Assembly: GCA_963788655.1 (NCBI GenBank)
Contig: CAWBHS010000057.1
Coordinates: forward strand, 160,001 to 224,000
DNA: 64,000 nucleotides
Direction: 5' to 3'
From: an uncultured Verrucomicrobiae bacterium
Lineage (GTDB): Bacteria > Verrucomicrobiota > Verrucomicrobiia > Limisphaerales > JAFGQR01
The notes below the pieces were generated by a model. It saw only the letters and a list, made by a program, of their open reading frames with translations. It searched no databases and was not told where the DNA came from. Position numbers and translations under genes: made by a program. Of this stretch, positions 1-9,605 are shown piece by piece. Within the stretch, counting starts at the first letter, position 1, and each line of letters starts with the position of its first letter.

Positions 1-47
1 TGGCCAGGCTGCAACGGAAATTGGCCGGTCAAGTCTAACCCGGGCTG

Positions 48-142
48 TTCCAACTCGCCATAGCCGACGACGCCAGGAGGTGAAACCGCATAGGAGTGTG
101 CCAAAGCCGTCCCTTCACGTCGGTGGCTACGGCGAGTTGGAA
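48..142. repeat. REP-like palindromic element (25-bp imperfect inverted repeat)
   Basis: Arm TTCCAACTCGCCATAGCCGACGACG (48-72) pairs with CGTCGGTGGCTACGGCGAGTTGGAA (118-142) with 3 mismatches; related to elements at 24658 and 38591. Confidence 0.75.
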
Positions 143-214
143 ATATCAGCACTAAAACACTTCGCCGCACGATTTGAATTTCCGCGGCCGGAACAATGGG
201 GTTAACCTTTCCGT

Positions 215-2326
215 ATGTCACGTGACTACGTGGTGCAACCCTTTCGCGCGCCGGTCAATCTCCAGATTGACTACGAGCGGGAATTGAATGCGCAGCAACT
301 GGCGGCTGTCACGGCACCGCCGGGGCCGGCGCTCGTCATCGCCGGGGCCGGCGCGGGCAAGACCCGTACATTGATCTATCGCGTAGCCTATTTGCTGGAA
401 CAGGGCATTCCCGCCAGCCGCGTTCTGCTGCTGACGTTCACCAACAAAGCCGCTCGCGAGATGATGCGGCGGGTGAGCGACCTGCTGGCCGGCGACCTGA
501 CCGATCTCTGGGGCGGAACGTTCCATTCCATCGGTCACCGGCTCTTGCGCCGCAATGCCGAGGCCGTCGGTTACCGCCAAGATTTCACCATTCTGGATCG
601 GGAGGATGCGAAGGACTTGCTCAAGACCTGCGTGGCCGAAGCCGAGATCGACACCAAGGCCACGCGGTTTCCCAAGGCGGATGTGCTGGGCAACATTTTT
701 TCGCTGGCCGTCAACATGCAACAGAGCATTCCGGAAATCCTCGCCGGACATTACGACTACTTCTGTCAACTCACGCCCCCGATTGAGAAGCTCGCCAAAC
801 TCTATGCCGAGCGCAAGCGCAGCACCAACGTGATGGACTTCGACGACCTGCTGGTGCTGTGGCTGAAACTGGTCCAGGACCACGCCGAGGTGCGGGACCA
901 GTTGCAGCGCAAGTTTCAGTTTGTCCTGGTGGACGAATATCAGGACACCAACAAGATCCAGGGCGACGTGGTGGATCTGCTGGCGGAACGGCATCAGAAC
1001 CTGATGGTGGTGGGCGATGATTCGCAAAGCATCTATTCGTGGCGCGGGGCAAACTTTCAGAACATCCTGGAATTCCCCAAGCGCTATTCCCAGGCGAAGG
1101 TCTATAAAATCGAGGCCAACTACCGCAGCACGCCGGAAATTCTCGCCGTGGCCAACGAAGCCATCAAAGCCAATTTCAAACAATTCCCCAAGACCCTGGC
1201 GCCGCAGCGGCCAAACGGTCCGAAGCCCGTGCTGGTGGCGTGCGGTGACGGCGGGCAACAGGCCGCGTTCGTGGCGCAGCGGATGCTCGAATTGCGTGAT
1301 GAAGGCGCGAGCCTGAACGGCATGGCGGTACTCTACCGTTCGCATTTTCACGCGCTGGAACTGCAACTGGAATTGACCAAGCGCAACATCCCCTTCAGCA
1401 TTACCAGCGGCATCCGCTTCTTCGAACAGGCGCACATCAAAGACGTAGGCGCCTACCTCAAACTGGTGTGCAATCCGCGCGATGAAATGGCCTTCAAGCG
1501 CATGGTGATGTTGTTGCCGGGCATTGGCGCCAAGGGGGCGGACAAACTCTGGAGCAAGTTTCAGGGCGCAGGCCGCTCACCGGAGGCTGCCGCGACGCCC
1601 GGGGCCAATTCGCGTTCGGGACGGCGCGCCCGCGATGCAGGCCAGCCACCCGCCGCGGACGATTCGGGTCCTGATTCGGCCCGCCACCCGCTCGCGGCCG
1701 CATTTCAAGCGTGTGCTGATGCGGTGCCCAAGAAGGCCAAGATCGCCTGGACCCAACTGGCCATCACGGTTTCCCAACTCGAAGACGCTGGCAAACGGCC
1801 GCAACCTTCCGAGATGATCCGCATGGTGATCGAAGCGGGGTATGATGCGTATTTGCAGGAGACGTATCCCAATTATCGGTCGCGCCTGGAAGACCTCCAG
1901 CAACTGGCGGAATTTGCGCGTCAGTTTACGAATGTCGAAGAGTTCCTGAGCCAGCTTTCCTTGTTGACGAATGTGGAGGCCGAGGAAGATCGCCCGGCGC
2001 AACGGGACGACGAACGGGTGCGTCTCTCATCCATTCATCAGGCCAAGGGGCTCGAATTTGACGTGGTGTTTGTGATCATGCTGTGTGACGGCTTGTTTCC
2101 CAACGCCCGTTCGCTGGACCGGCCCGAAAGCGAAGAGGAAGAACGCCGGCTGTTTTATGTGGCGATCACGCGCGCGCGCAACGAACTTTACCTGAGCTAC
2201 CCGCTCATCCGCATGACGGCGGGTCACAGCGGAGACTTTTTTCAACAACCCTCCCGGTTTCTCCACGAGATTCCGCCTGAACTGCTGGATTCGTGGAACC
2301 TCAAGACCTCGCTGCCGTACGGCTGA
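215..2326 (+). CDS. uvrD: ATP-dependent DNA helicase, UvrD/PcrA/Rep family (SF1A)
   Basis: Motifs AGAGAGKT, TFTNKAA, VDEYQDTN, VGDDSQSIYSWRGA, NYRS, IHQAKGLEF and EERRLFYVAITRAR. Confidence 0.95.
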   Translation: MSRDYVVQPFRAPVNLQIDYERELNAQQLAAVTAPPGPALVIAGAGAGKTRTLIYRVAYLLEQGIPASRVLLLTFTNKAAREMMRRVSDLLAGDLTDLWGGTFHSIGHRLLRRNAEAVGYRQDFTILDREDAKDLLKTCVAEAEIDTKATRFPKADVLGNIFSLAVNMQQSIPEILAGHYDYFCQLTPPIEKLAKLYAERKRSTNVMDFDDLLVLWLKLVQDHAEVRDQLQRKFQFVLVDEYQDTNKIQGDVVDLLAERHQNLMVVGDDSQSIYSWRGANFQNILEFPKRYSQAKVYKIEANYRSTPEILAVANEAIKANFKQFPKTLAPQRPNGPKPVLVACGDGGQQAAFVAQRMLELRDEGASLNGMAVLYRSHFHALELQLELTKRNIPFSITSGIRFFEQAHIKDVGAYLKLVCNPRDEMAFKRMVMLLPGIGAKGADKLWSKFQGAGRSPEAAATPGANSRSGRRARDAGQPPAADDSGPDSARHPLAAAFQACADAVPKKAKIAWTQLAITVSQLEDAGKRPQPSEMIRMVIEAGYDAYLQETYPNYRSRLEDLQQLAEFARQFTNVEEFLSQLSLLTNVEAEEDRPAQRDDERVRLSSIHQAKGLEFDVVFVIMLCDGLFPNARSLDRPESEEEERRLFYVAITRARNELYLSYPLIRMTAGHSGDFFQQPSRFLHEIPPELLDSWNLKTSLPYG

Positions 2327-2483
2327 GGTGCGGGATGGAGGCTTGCCTTGGATCGGCTGCGTATCCCGCGCAAAAAAGTTCAAGAAAATTCTTGCATTCT
2401 CTCGAACTTTGAAAATAATGGCCCCGGCTTCGAGGTAAGCCAGGAATAAGAAACCAACAATAACTCAAAACGGTATCGCAACT

Positions 2484-2882
2484 ATGAAGACCATCCTGAT
2501 TGTTTCGTTAGCATTAAGTCTGTTGTTTGGAGCCACCGCAAACATCCGTGCTGCCGATGCGCCCCAAAAGGCGCCCGCGGCCGCCGAGAAAGCCAAGAAA
2601 GTTAAATACCGGCCGTTCCGGGGAACCATCAAGTCCATAGAGACGCAGGCCAAAACCATTACGCTGGAAGGAGCCAAGGCGCAGCAGTTCCAGATCATTT
2701 CCGAAACGAAGCTCAACAAGGATGGCAAGCCCATCACGTTCGACCAACTGGCAAAAGGTGATCGCTTGGGCGGTCGTGCCCGTGAAGCGGCCAATGGCAA
2801 ATGGGACGCGGTAACCATCAACGTTCGCACCGCCGCGGAGAAATCGGGTAAAGGCGCCAAGGGGAAGAAGAAAACCAATTGA
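2484..2882 (+). CDS. Secreted Lys-rich small OB-fold-like protein (DUF5666-like)
   Basis: Signal peptide MKTILIVSLALSLLFGATANIRA; FRGTIKSIE..KTITL..ETKLNKDGKP..LAKGD pattern; followed by a terminator. Confidence 0.7.
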   Translation: MKTILIVSLALSLLFGATANIRAADAPQKAPAAAEKAKKVKYRPFRGTIKSIETQAKTITLEGAKAQQFQIISETKLNKDGKPITFDQLAKGDRLGGRAREAANGKWDAVTINVRTAAEKSGKGAKGKKKTN

Positions 2883-2905
2883 AGTAAGCCGTTTTTGTCG
2901 CATCC

Positions 2906-2936
2906 AGGCAGGCCCCACCCGGGTCTGCCTTTTTTA
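2906..2936 (+). terminator. Rho-independent terminator
   Basis: Stem AGGCAGGCCC/GGGTCTGCCT followed by a T-tract, directly after the 2484-2882 ORF. Confidence 0.8.
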
Positions 2937-4322
2937 TTTGCCGGCGGGATCAGGGTCGCTGGGCGGCAGGCGCAAGGTGGCTTCGACCGGCGGAATGTCC
3001 AGCAACGTCCGGCCTGTCGTTCCGCCGCCCAGTTTGAGCAGCTTTTCACCGCTGGGACGCACCATTCGTTCGTAGCTGCCCACGGCATCATTGTAAGCAT
3101 TATTGGCCCGCTCCAAGCCGCTGCGGATGCGCTCAAAGTGCTCGGTGAATTTGGCCACGCGGCCGTATAGTTCCTGGGCCGCCACGGCAATGGCGCGCGC
3201 GTTCTCCGTCTGGGCGTGTTGTTGCCAACTCACGCTGACCGACCGAAGCAACGCAATCAATGAGGCCGGCGTAGCCAACATGATTTGGCGATTGGCCGCC
3301 CAAACGATGAGATCCCGGTCCCCTTCGAGGGCGGCACTAAACAAGGATTCGGCAGGCAGGAATAACACCACATAGTCCAGCGCGTTGGGAAACTGGTGCG
3401 GATAATCGCGATCCGCCAGGGCCTTGATGGTGGCCTTCAATTTAGCCGCGTGCGCCGCCAGGGCTTCCGCGCGTTTGGTCTGCTCGGAAATTTCCAACGC
3501 GCTCAGGAACTCCAGGTCCGGCACTTTGGCATCGACGATGATCACCCGGTCGCCGGGCAGGCGCACAATTAAATCCGGTTTGGCGTCGCCGGCCTGGGTT
3601 TGCTCGCTGAAATCGCAATGGGCGCTCATGCCAGCGGCTTCAACCACGCGCCGCAACGTTTCTTCGCCCCACCGGCCACGGGCTTGATTGGAACTGAGCA
3701 CCCGGCGCAATTGCAGCGTTTCGCTGGAAAGCGTCTGGCTTTGCTGCGCGAGGGTTTCCAAGTGTTTCTTCACCTCGCCCAGGGCGCTGGATTGGCTCGT
3801 TTCGCTTTGAGCCAGGCGTTGCTGGTAGATCTTCAGTTGTTCTTCCAGTGGTTTGACAAGGGTCTTGATGGCTTCCTGACGTTGGGAAAGCTCACCTTTG
3901 GCGGTTTCCTGGAAACGCGCAAAGGTTTCGTTGGCCAACCGTAGCAATTCCGGGTGGGATTGTTTCAAAGCCTCGGCACTAAGCGCTTTGAAGGCTTCGC
4001 GCAAATCGGCCAGCGCCTTCTCCTGGTTTTGCCGGAGATCCCGGAGCTGTTGCTCGTGCAGTTGCTGTTGTTCGCCGGCCAGGTTTTCCGCCGCCGCCAA
4101 TTGCGCCTCGGCGGTCGCGCGAGCCTGGGCAGTTTCACCAAGTTGGCCGCGCAGTTGCGATAGCTCCATCTCCCGTTGCGACAGTTGCTGGCGCAATTCA
4201 TTCTCGAGCCGGTTATCAATTGGCGCGACGGCCGACCGGCGCAGGCCCAAAAGCCAGCCGATGGCTCCACCCAGCGCCAATCCGATGGCCAACCCGACGA
4301 GAATGTTTTCCAGGGGCGACAC
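2934..4322 (-). CDS. rmuC: DNA recombination protein RmuC
   Basis: N-terminal TM, long coiled coil, RGRWGE, KPDLIVRLP, IVDAKVP, LFLPAES and ATPASLIALL motifs. Confidence 0.92.
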   Translation of the reverse strand: MSPLENILVGLAIGLALGGAIGWLLGLRRSAVAPIDNRLENELRQQLSQREMELSQLRGQLGETAQARATAEAQLAAAENLAGEQQQLHEQQLRDLRQNQEKALADLREAFKALSAEALKQSHPELLRLANETFARFQETAKGELSQRQEAIKTLVKPLEEQLKIYQQRLAQSETSQSSALGEVKKHLETLAQQSQTLSSETLQLRRVLSSNQARGRWGEETLRRVVEAAGMSAHCDFSEQTQAGDAKPDLIVRLPGDRVIIVDAKVPDLEFLSALEISEQTKRAEALAAHAAKLKATIKALADRDYPHQFPNALDYVVLFLPAESLFSAALEGDRDLIVWAANRQIMLATPASLIALLRSVSVSWQQHAQTENARAIAVAAQELYGRVAKFTEHFERIRSGLERANNAYNDAVGSYERMVRPSGEKLLKLGGGTTGRTLLDIPPVEATLRLPPSDPDPAGK

Positions 4323-4338
4323 AGCGACGGCGAATCAG

Positions 4339-4737
4339 CTACATTTTGAAGGCAAGATAGTGTGCCAGCACTTCAATTTCCACGTTTGCCCCCTTGGGCA
4401 ACGCCGCGACCTGCACGGTGGAACGGGCCGGGAAATCCGTCGTAAAATACTGTTGGTAAACCTCGTTCATCGAAGCGAAATCAGCCAGATCGGTCAGGAA
4501 CACGGTGGTCTTCACCACATGACTGAAAGTCAGTTTCTGATCTTCAAGAATGATCTTTATGTTCTCCAGCACGCGTTCCGTTTGCGCTTTGAGGTCGCCA
4601 GCCACCAGTTCGCCAGTGGCGGGATCAATCGGAATTTGTCCCGAACAATAGAGCAAATCGCCCAGCCGGATGGCATGGTTGTACGGCCCGACCGGCGGTG
4701 CCGCATACTCAGGTTTGATGATGGTTTTCGTGGTCAT
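4339..4737 (-). CDS. ridA: RidA/YjgF/UK114 reactive intermediate deaminase
   Basis: GPYNHAI, SGQIP, VVKTTVFL and PARSTVQVAALPKGANVEIE motifs. Confidence 0.93.
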   Translation of the reverse strand: MTTKTIIKPEYAAPPVGPYNHAIRLGDLLYCSGQIPIDPATGELVAGDLKAQTERVLENIKIILEDQKLTFSHVVKTTVFLTDLADFASMNEVYQQYFTTDFPARSTVQVAALPKGANVEIEVLAHYLAFKM

Positions 4738-4863
4738 AATCGTTCCCTGATTGTGCGGTGCAATCCGCGGAATGCCCAGCGGATTTTCACGGACGCCTGT
4801 GGCTAGGGAGCGGACGAAATGATGTTTACTCCAGCGTGTGGGAATGACAGATTGCGGTCAACG

Positions 4864-6049
4864 ATGATTAAACGGATCAAGATTTATGACTTCAAGAGCA
4901 TACGGAAGCTGGATCTAAGCCTTGACCCGGTTACGGTCTTGGTGGGACGCAGCGGCACGGGCAAGTCGAATTTCGTGCAGGCCATCAGATTCCTTCGCAA
5001 TCTGCTAATCAATCCTCAACAGGCAATCGCTTATGAGGGTGGGTGGCAACGCATTGTTCCAGTTGGTGAAAAGCACCCTGAGAACGTCGATTGAGGTAGT
5101 CTTTTCTCTGCCTGGCGAGGAGCGTGAGTGCGCGTACCGAATTGCTTTCGGCATGCGTGGCGCTCAAACGTTCGCTGGTGCCTTGGAACTCAAAGACGAG
5201 TATTTGGCTTTGGGTGGGGAACCAGTCTTCGCTCGGTCTTGGTCACCCCAGGGTTGGACGTGGCCAAAGTCTCCAGATGTTGCGGCGATGCCTCGGGCAA
5301 CCGAATCCCCCATGATCGGCAGTTTTCCAACTTTGCAGAAGGTGGTCTTCGCCTACGCAGCCTTGTCCACCGGTATAGGCTATTACCATTTTCCTTCCAC
5401 AACCTTGGATCCTGGAAGGCCATCCGGCGCTGGAACAGAATTCTTGCGGAGCATTCGGGGACTCTCTGATAATGCAACCAACTATCTTGAAGTTATTCGC
5501 GACATCACTCAGGATTTTCACCGTCCCAACCTTCGCAAGAGCCTTGTGGCCACATTGCAGGCTGTTAATCCTACCATTGAATCTATCGAGTTGGATTCAT
5601 TGACTGCCCCCAAACGAGCCATAGTGGGGCACCGCGCAAATGGATGGATATTTGAATTGTCGTTGGAACAAGAGTCGGACGGTTTGCGTCGTTTTTATGC
5701 CCACCTGCTGGCGTTGTATCAAACTCCGCCGAAGCTGACCTTGGTCTTTGAGGAACCGGAGAATGCGATTTTCCCCGGAGCGCTGTCGCTGCTGGCCGAT
5801 GAATTCAAAGCCGCGCCTCGCGAAGATCGTGGCCAAGTCATCCTCACCACGCACAATCCAATCTTCCTCGACTCTTTTGACGTAGATAACGTCAGGGCTG
5901 TGGAAATGCGGGACGGTCAGACCATTATTGGCCCAGTTTCCAAAGAGCAGTGTGACGCAGTGCGAGACCATCTTCTGAACACCGGTGATCTGCTGACCGT
6001 CGAGCATCCCAAGGTGGAACATACCCAGCCGGCTCAACCAGTTTCATGA
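4864..6049 (+). CDS. ABC-type (AAA_21/SMC-like) ATPase; split by one frameshift near 5080
   Basis: Frame 1 has IYDFKSI and Walker A GRSGTGKS; frame 2 has signature ESDGLRR, Walker B LVFEEPENAIFP and H-loop ILTTHNP. Confidence 0.88.
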
Positions 6050-6741
6050 AGCGTCTGGTAATCGTGGGAGAAGGCCACGGAGAGACGGCGGCTCTTCCGA
6101 TACTCATTCGAAGACTCTTGCGGGAAAAAGACGCCGGCCAATTGCTCTTTGTTGACGATGATGTCATTCGCACACACGAGGCCGCGAGCCTTGTCAAATG
6201 GGACAAACAGAAGAATCGACCTGATTATGGGGTGTGGATCAGCAGAGTTGCTTTGGCAAGTCGACGCTCGATTTTGGGTGCCGTCTTGGCTGTGTTCGAC
6301 GGCGACAGCAAGGTCTTCCCCGCGGGCTCGGGAACGCCCTTTTGTGCCGCGACGGCTGCCAAATCAATGACCGCGGCCGCGGTTGATGCCGGAGCGGGGA
6401 AGGTGTTTTCATTGGCTGTCGTGTTTGCCTGTGTCGAATTCGAGACATGGATCATTGCCGGCGCCGAATCGCTTGCTGGTCAGTCCTTCAAAGATGGGCG
6501 ACCTGCACTGCCAGCCGGAATGAAATTTCCTGCCGGCCCTCCTGAATCACACGGCAAACGGTGGCTCGAAGAACATTGTCCAGGCTATCGCCCAACTCGA
6601 GACCAGGGTCCACTGACAGAACTCATCGATTTCAACATTGTGAGAGAAAAGAAGCTTCGTTCCTTTGCTCGCCTTGAACACGCCGTTGAGCAAATATTAA
6701 CGGCAGTTGGAAATGGCGATTTTATAAAGACGCCAATTTGA
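6046..6741 (+). CDS. DUF4276 family protein (TOPRIM-like)
   Basis: VGEGHGE, FDGD, EFETWIIA, YRPTRDQ and RSFARL pattern; ATGA overlap with the ATPase stop. Confidence 0.8.
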   Translation: MKRLVIVGEGHGETAALPILIRRLLREKDAGQLLFVDDDVIRTHEAASLVKWDKQKNRPDYGVWISRVALASRRSILGAVLAVFDGDSKVFPAGSGTPFCAATAAKSMTAAAVDAGAGKVFSLAVVFACVEFETWIIAGAESLAGQSFKDGRPALPAGMKFPAGPPESHGKRWLEEHCPGYRPTRDQGPLTELIDFNIVREKKLRSFARLEHAVEQILTAVGNGDFIKTPI

Positions 6742-6793
6742 GCCATAGGTACGCGATTGGCGTGCTGACTGGTTCAGCTTGCCATTTCCAATC

Positions 6794-7906
6794 TCAGAGG
6801 AATAGCACGAACCGCCCATCCCGCAGCACCATCCCGGCGGCTCCGTTTCCGGGACTGCTGGCCATGCCGGATTTGCCAAGCGCTTTCCCTTGGTCATCGT
6901 ACAATTGCCATCCTAAAACCCCCTGGTTTTTCCAAGCAATGAGCGTCGTGCCGTCAGCAGCGCTCAGCGCGAGAAGTCCGGTGCGCATACCGGTTGTGCC
7001 GGGTGTCTTGATTTCGCCGGGCGGCTGGACCGCGCCGTCCAGGTCCAACTGTGCGAAATCCACCTGTCCTTTCGTGGGCCAGGCGGCCACATAACCAGTA
7101 GCGGTCGAGTTGATGGTAAAATAGGTCATGGGACACGCCGCCACATGCCAGCTTGCGCGGCTGACGCGTCGGCGCGTTGGCGGAGTCCTTTGTTGCTGGT
7201 CCCAAAGAACCACGTACATGTCCCGGTCGTTGTTCGTCTCCTCGCGATAGAGCAGCGCCAAACGTCCGTCCCGGCCATAGGCGCTGCTGGTGGTGCAGCA
7301 ATTGCAGGGATCCCAGGTGGGATCGAGTTCCGCGCTCGCGGTGAAGGTCGCTCCGTGATCGCGGGATACCATGGCGTAGAGTTTGTCGGACAGAAAACCG
7401 GCGGTCACGCAGCCCCGGTCATTGGCTGCCAGTGAAAAGCCTTCGCTCGGCCAATGATTGAGATTCCGCACCGGTGAGAACTGTTTCGCGCCTGGGGCCA
7501 AGCTGGTGAAATACAGGCACCATTCTTCCTGGGGCAGTTTCAATTTCCAGGCATTGTTCCCCATGGCCACGTACACGTGACCGTCGCCGCCCACCGCCAA
7601 ATCCCAGGCTGAGAACTCCAAACCCGGCTTCCGTGCGGCCGCGTCCACGATGGCGATGGGCCGGCTGAACGTCGCGCCGTCATTGAGGGATTTCGTGTAG
7701 AACGGCCCACCGGCACCATCGAACACGAGATGGACAGAGCCGTCGGCGCTGCGTTTTGCTTTGACGACTTTGTTTACGCCAGGCACACGCACAGCCTGGA
7801 CTCGGTTCGTAATTGGCTCCGCGTGAGCAATCCGCCCCCAACAAAACCATGTCCCCAGAACGGCGAGCGCCCACCATGCGCGCAAATTCAATCGTGGCGT
7901 TTTCAC
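6794..7906 (-). CDS. Secreted BNR/Asp-box (sialidase-like) beta-propeller protein with CxCC and CPM motifs
   Basis: Signal peptide; Asp boxes SLNDGATF and SRDHGATF; PCNCCTT, LYREETNNDRDMY and ACPM motifs. Confidence 0.72.
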   Translation of the reverse strand: MKTPRLNLRAWWALAVLGTWFCWGRIAHAEPITNRVQAVRVPGVNKVVKAKRSADGSVHLVFDGAGGPFYTKSLNDGATFSRPIAIVDAAARKPGLEFSAWDLAVGGDGHVYVAMGNNAWKLKLPQEEWCLYFTSLAPGAKQFSPVRNLNHWPSEGFSLAANDRGCVTAGFLSDKLYAMVSRDHGATFTASAELDPTWDPCNCCTTSSAYGRDGRLALLYREETNNDRDMYVVLWDQQQRTPPTRRRVSRASWHVAACPMTYFTINSTATGYVAAWPTKGQVDFAQLDLDGAVQPPGEIKTPGTTGMRTGLLALSAADGTTLIAWKNQGVLGWQLYDDQGKALGKSGMASSPGNGAAGMVLRDGRFVLFL

Positions 7907-8106
7907 ACGACCCTTATCGCGCTGGATTGACTTGCAGTCAATCGTGCCGGACTCGTAGCGCGTTGCCGTCGATGGTTGCAGCTCGGTGGCAACGGTCCCA
8001 AGTTAAGTTACCGGAGGGCCATATTACCAATAACCGGGACTGACCCCTACGCGCTTTCACCGACCTTTGCTGGCCAGAAGGGCAGCTTGCTGATTAGAAT
8101 GTCCGT

Positions 8107-8877
8107 ATGCCTGAACATCCATCGGCATTGAACGATTGGGACCGGCGTCTTTATGAATGGCAAATGTGGGTGCCCGGTTTTGGCGAGGACGGCCAGCGCA
8201 AGCTCAAGGCCGCGTCGGTGCTGGTGTCCCGCTGCGGTGGCGTCGGAGGACTGGTGGCGTACGAACTGGCCGCGGCCGGCATCGGACAATTGATACTGGC
8301 TCATGCCGGAATGGTGAAACCCAGCGACCTGAACCGGCAGTTATTGATGACCCGCGATTGGCTCGGCAAACCGCGGGTTGAATCTGCGGCGCGGCGCCTG
8401 CGCGAGTTGAATCCGGACGTCGAAATCGTGCCAGTCGCGGAGAACGTTACCGCCGCCAACGTCGAACGGCTCGTCGCCCAGGTGGACCTGATCGTGGATT
8501 GTGCTCCCTTGTTCGCGGAACGATTTCTCATGAACCAGGAAGCCGTGCGGCAAGACAAACCCATGGTTGAATGCGCGATGTATGACTTTGACGTGCAAGC
8601 CACCACAGTGTTACCCGGTCAAACGCCGTGCTTGCAGTGTATGTATCCGGAGGCACCTCCCCATTGGAAACGTGAGTTCCCGGTCTTCGGGGCTGTCGCC
8701 GGCGTGGCGGCGTGCTTGGGTGCCACTGAAGCAATCAAAGTGCTCACTGGCCTGGGGCAACCGCTGGCAGGACGGTTGCTGGTGGGCGATCTGCGCCAAA
8801 TGTCGTTCCGCACCTGCCGCATCAAGCGTGATCCGCAATGCCCCGTTTGCAGTAACTTACCCGGCCGAGTCAAATAG
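8107..8877 (+). CDS. HesA/MoeB/ThiF family adenylyltransferase
   Basis: GQRKLKAASVLV, CGGVGG, SDLNRQ, CLQC and CPVC zinc motifs, EAIKVL. Confidence 0.9.
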   Translation: MPEHPSALNDWDRRLYEWQMWVPGFGEDGQRKLKAASVLVSRCGGVGGLVAYELAAAGIGQLILAHAGMVKPSDLNRQLLMTRDWLGKPRVESAARRLRELNPDVEIVPVAENVTAANVERLVAQVDLIVDCAPLFAERFLMNQEAVRQDKPMVECAMYDFDVQATTVLPGQTPCLQCMYPEAPPHWKREFPVFGAVAGVAACLGATEAIKVLTGLGQPLAGRLLVGDLRQMSFRTCRIKRDPQCPVCSNLPGRVK

Positions 8878-8959
8878 GAAAAACCCGCTTCAATGCCGGC
8901 GATCCCCTGCCGATGCTGTTTTCAGGTATGTGGTTCGACCAGCCTGATGCAGACGTGAT

Positions 8960-9605
8960 ATGACCATTTGGGTTCGTTTGGGAATTTCCGTGGCCATCGC
9001 GGCGATGTTTTCCATCGTCATGACGGAGTTTCTCCAGAGCACGTCATATTACGAGGCGTACAAATGGTACGTGTGCTCGGCTTTTTTGGCGCTGGGGCCG
9101 GTCTGCTATCTGATCGGTCGCAATCTCAATGCGGCGCGCTGGGCCGCAACCGCCGGAGCAAAAATCAGCTTTGGGCCGGACCAGGCCGCTGACACGCCCA
9201 CCGACCGGGAACCCTTTCTCCTGTTCAACCTGGCGTACTGGGGCGTGATGCTGGTCGTGTTTGGCGTCATCATCATTTTCATCGTCCCACGTCCGGGTGG
9301 CATGGACCAACACACGACCGCCGCCGGGACGGTCGCGAAGGTAATCGCGCGGGCGCTCCAGCCCTCGGAATCCCCAGCCACTAATGGGCTGATCGAGTTT
9401 CCTGAGGTGCATATTCAAGGTCTGATCTACCGACCGCGCAAATCGTCGGTGATTTTGGATGGCAAAACTGTACTTTGTCGGCGAGGAAGTGGACGGCGCC
9501 ACCGTGACGGCCATTACGGCCCACAGTGTCACCTTGGAACTAGCCGGCCAATCCAAAGTGCTGAATTTGGAGCGTGAATTATTACGGATGCCCACTCGGC
9601 GCTAA
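8960..9605 (+). CDS. Membrane protein with GspB/GspC-like C-terminal domain; frameshift near 9465
   Basis: Three hydrophobic segments, then IQGLIYRPRKSSVILDGK; removing one A of AAAA gives LYFVGEEVDGATVTAITAHSVTLELAGQSKVLNL with a stop at 9603-9605. Confidence 0.6.

Noticed and set aside
215..6741. UvrD plus ATPase/TOPRIM pair as a Gabija system
   Set aside because: The helicase is a full-length housekeeping type separated from the pair by three unrelated genes, and the ATPase and TOPRIM-like parts are not fused as in GajA.
8107..8877. ThiF protein as a CBASS/ubiquitin-like defence E1 or RiPP enzyme
   Set aside because: No E2, JAB, cyclase or precursor peptide gene nearby.
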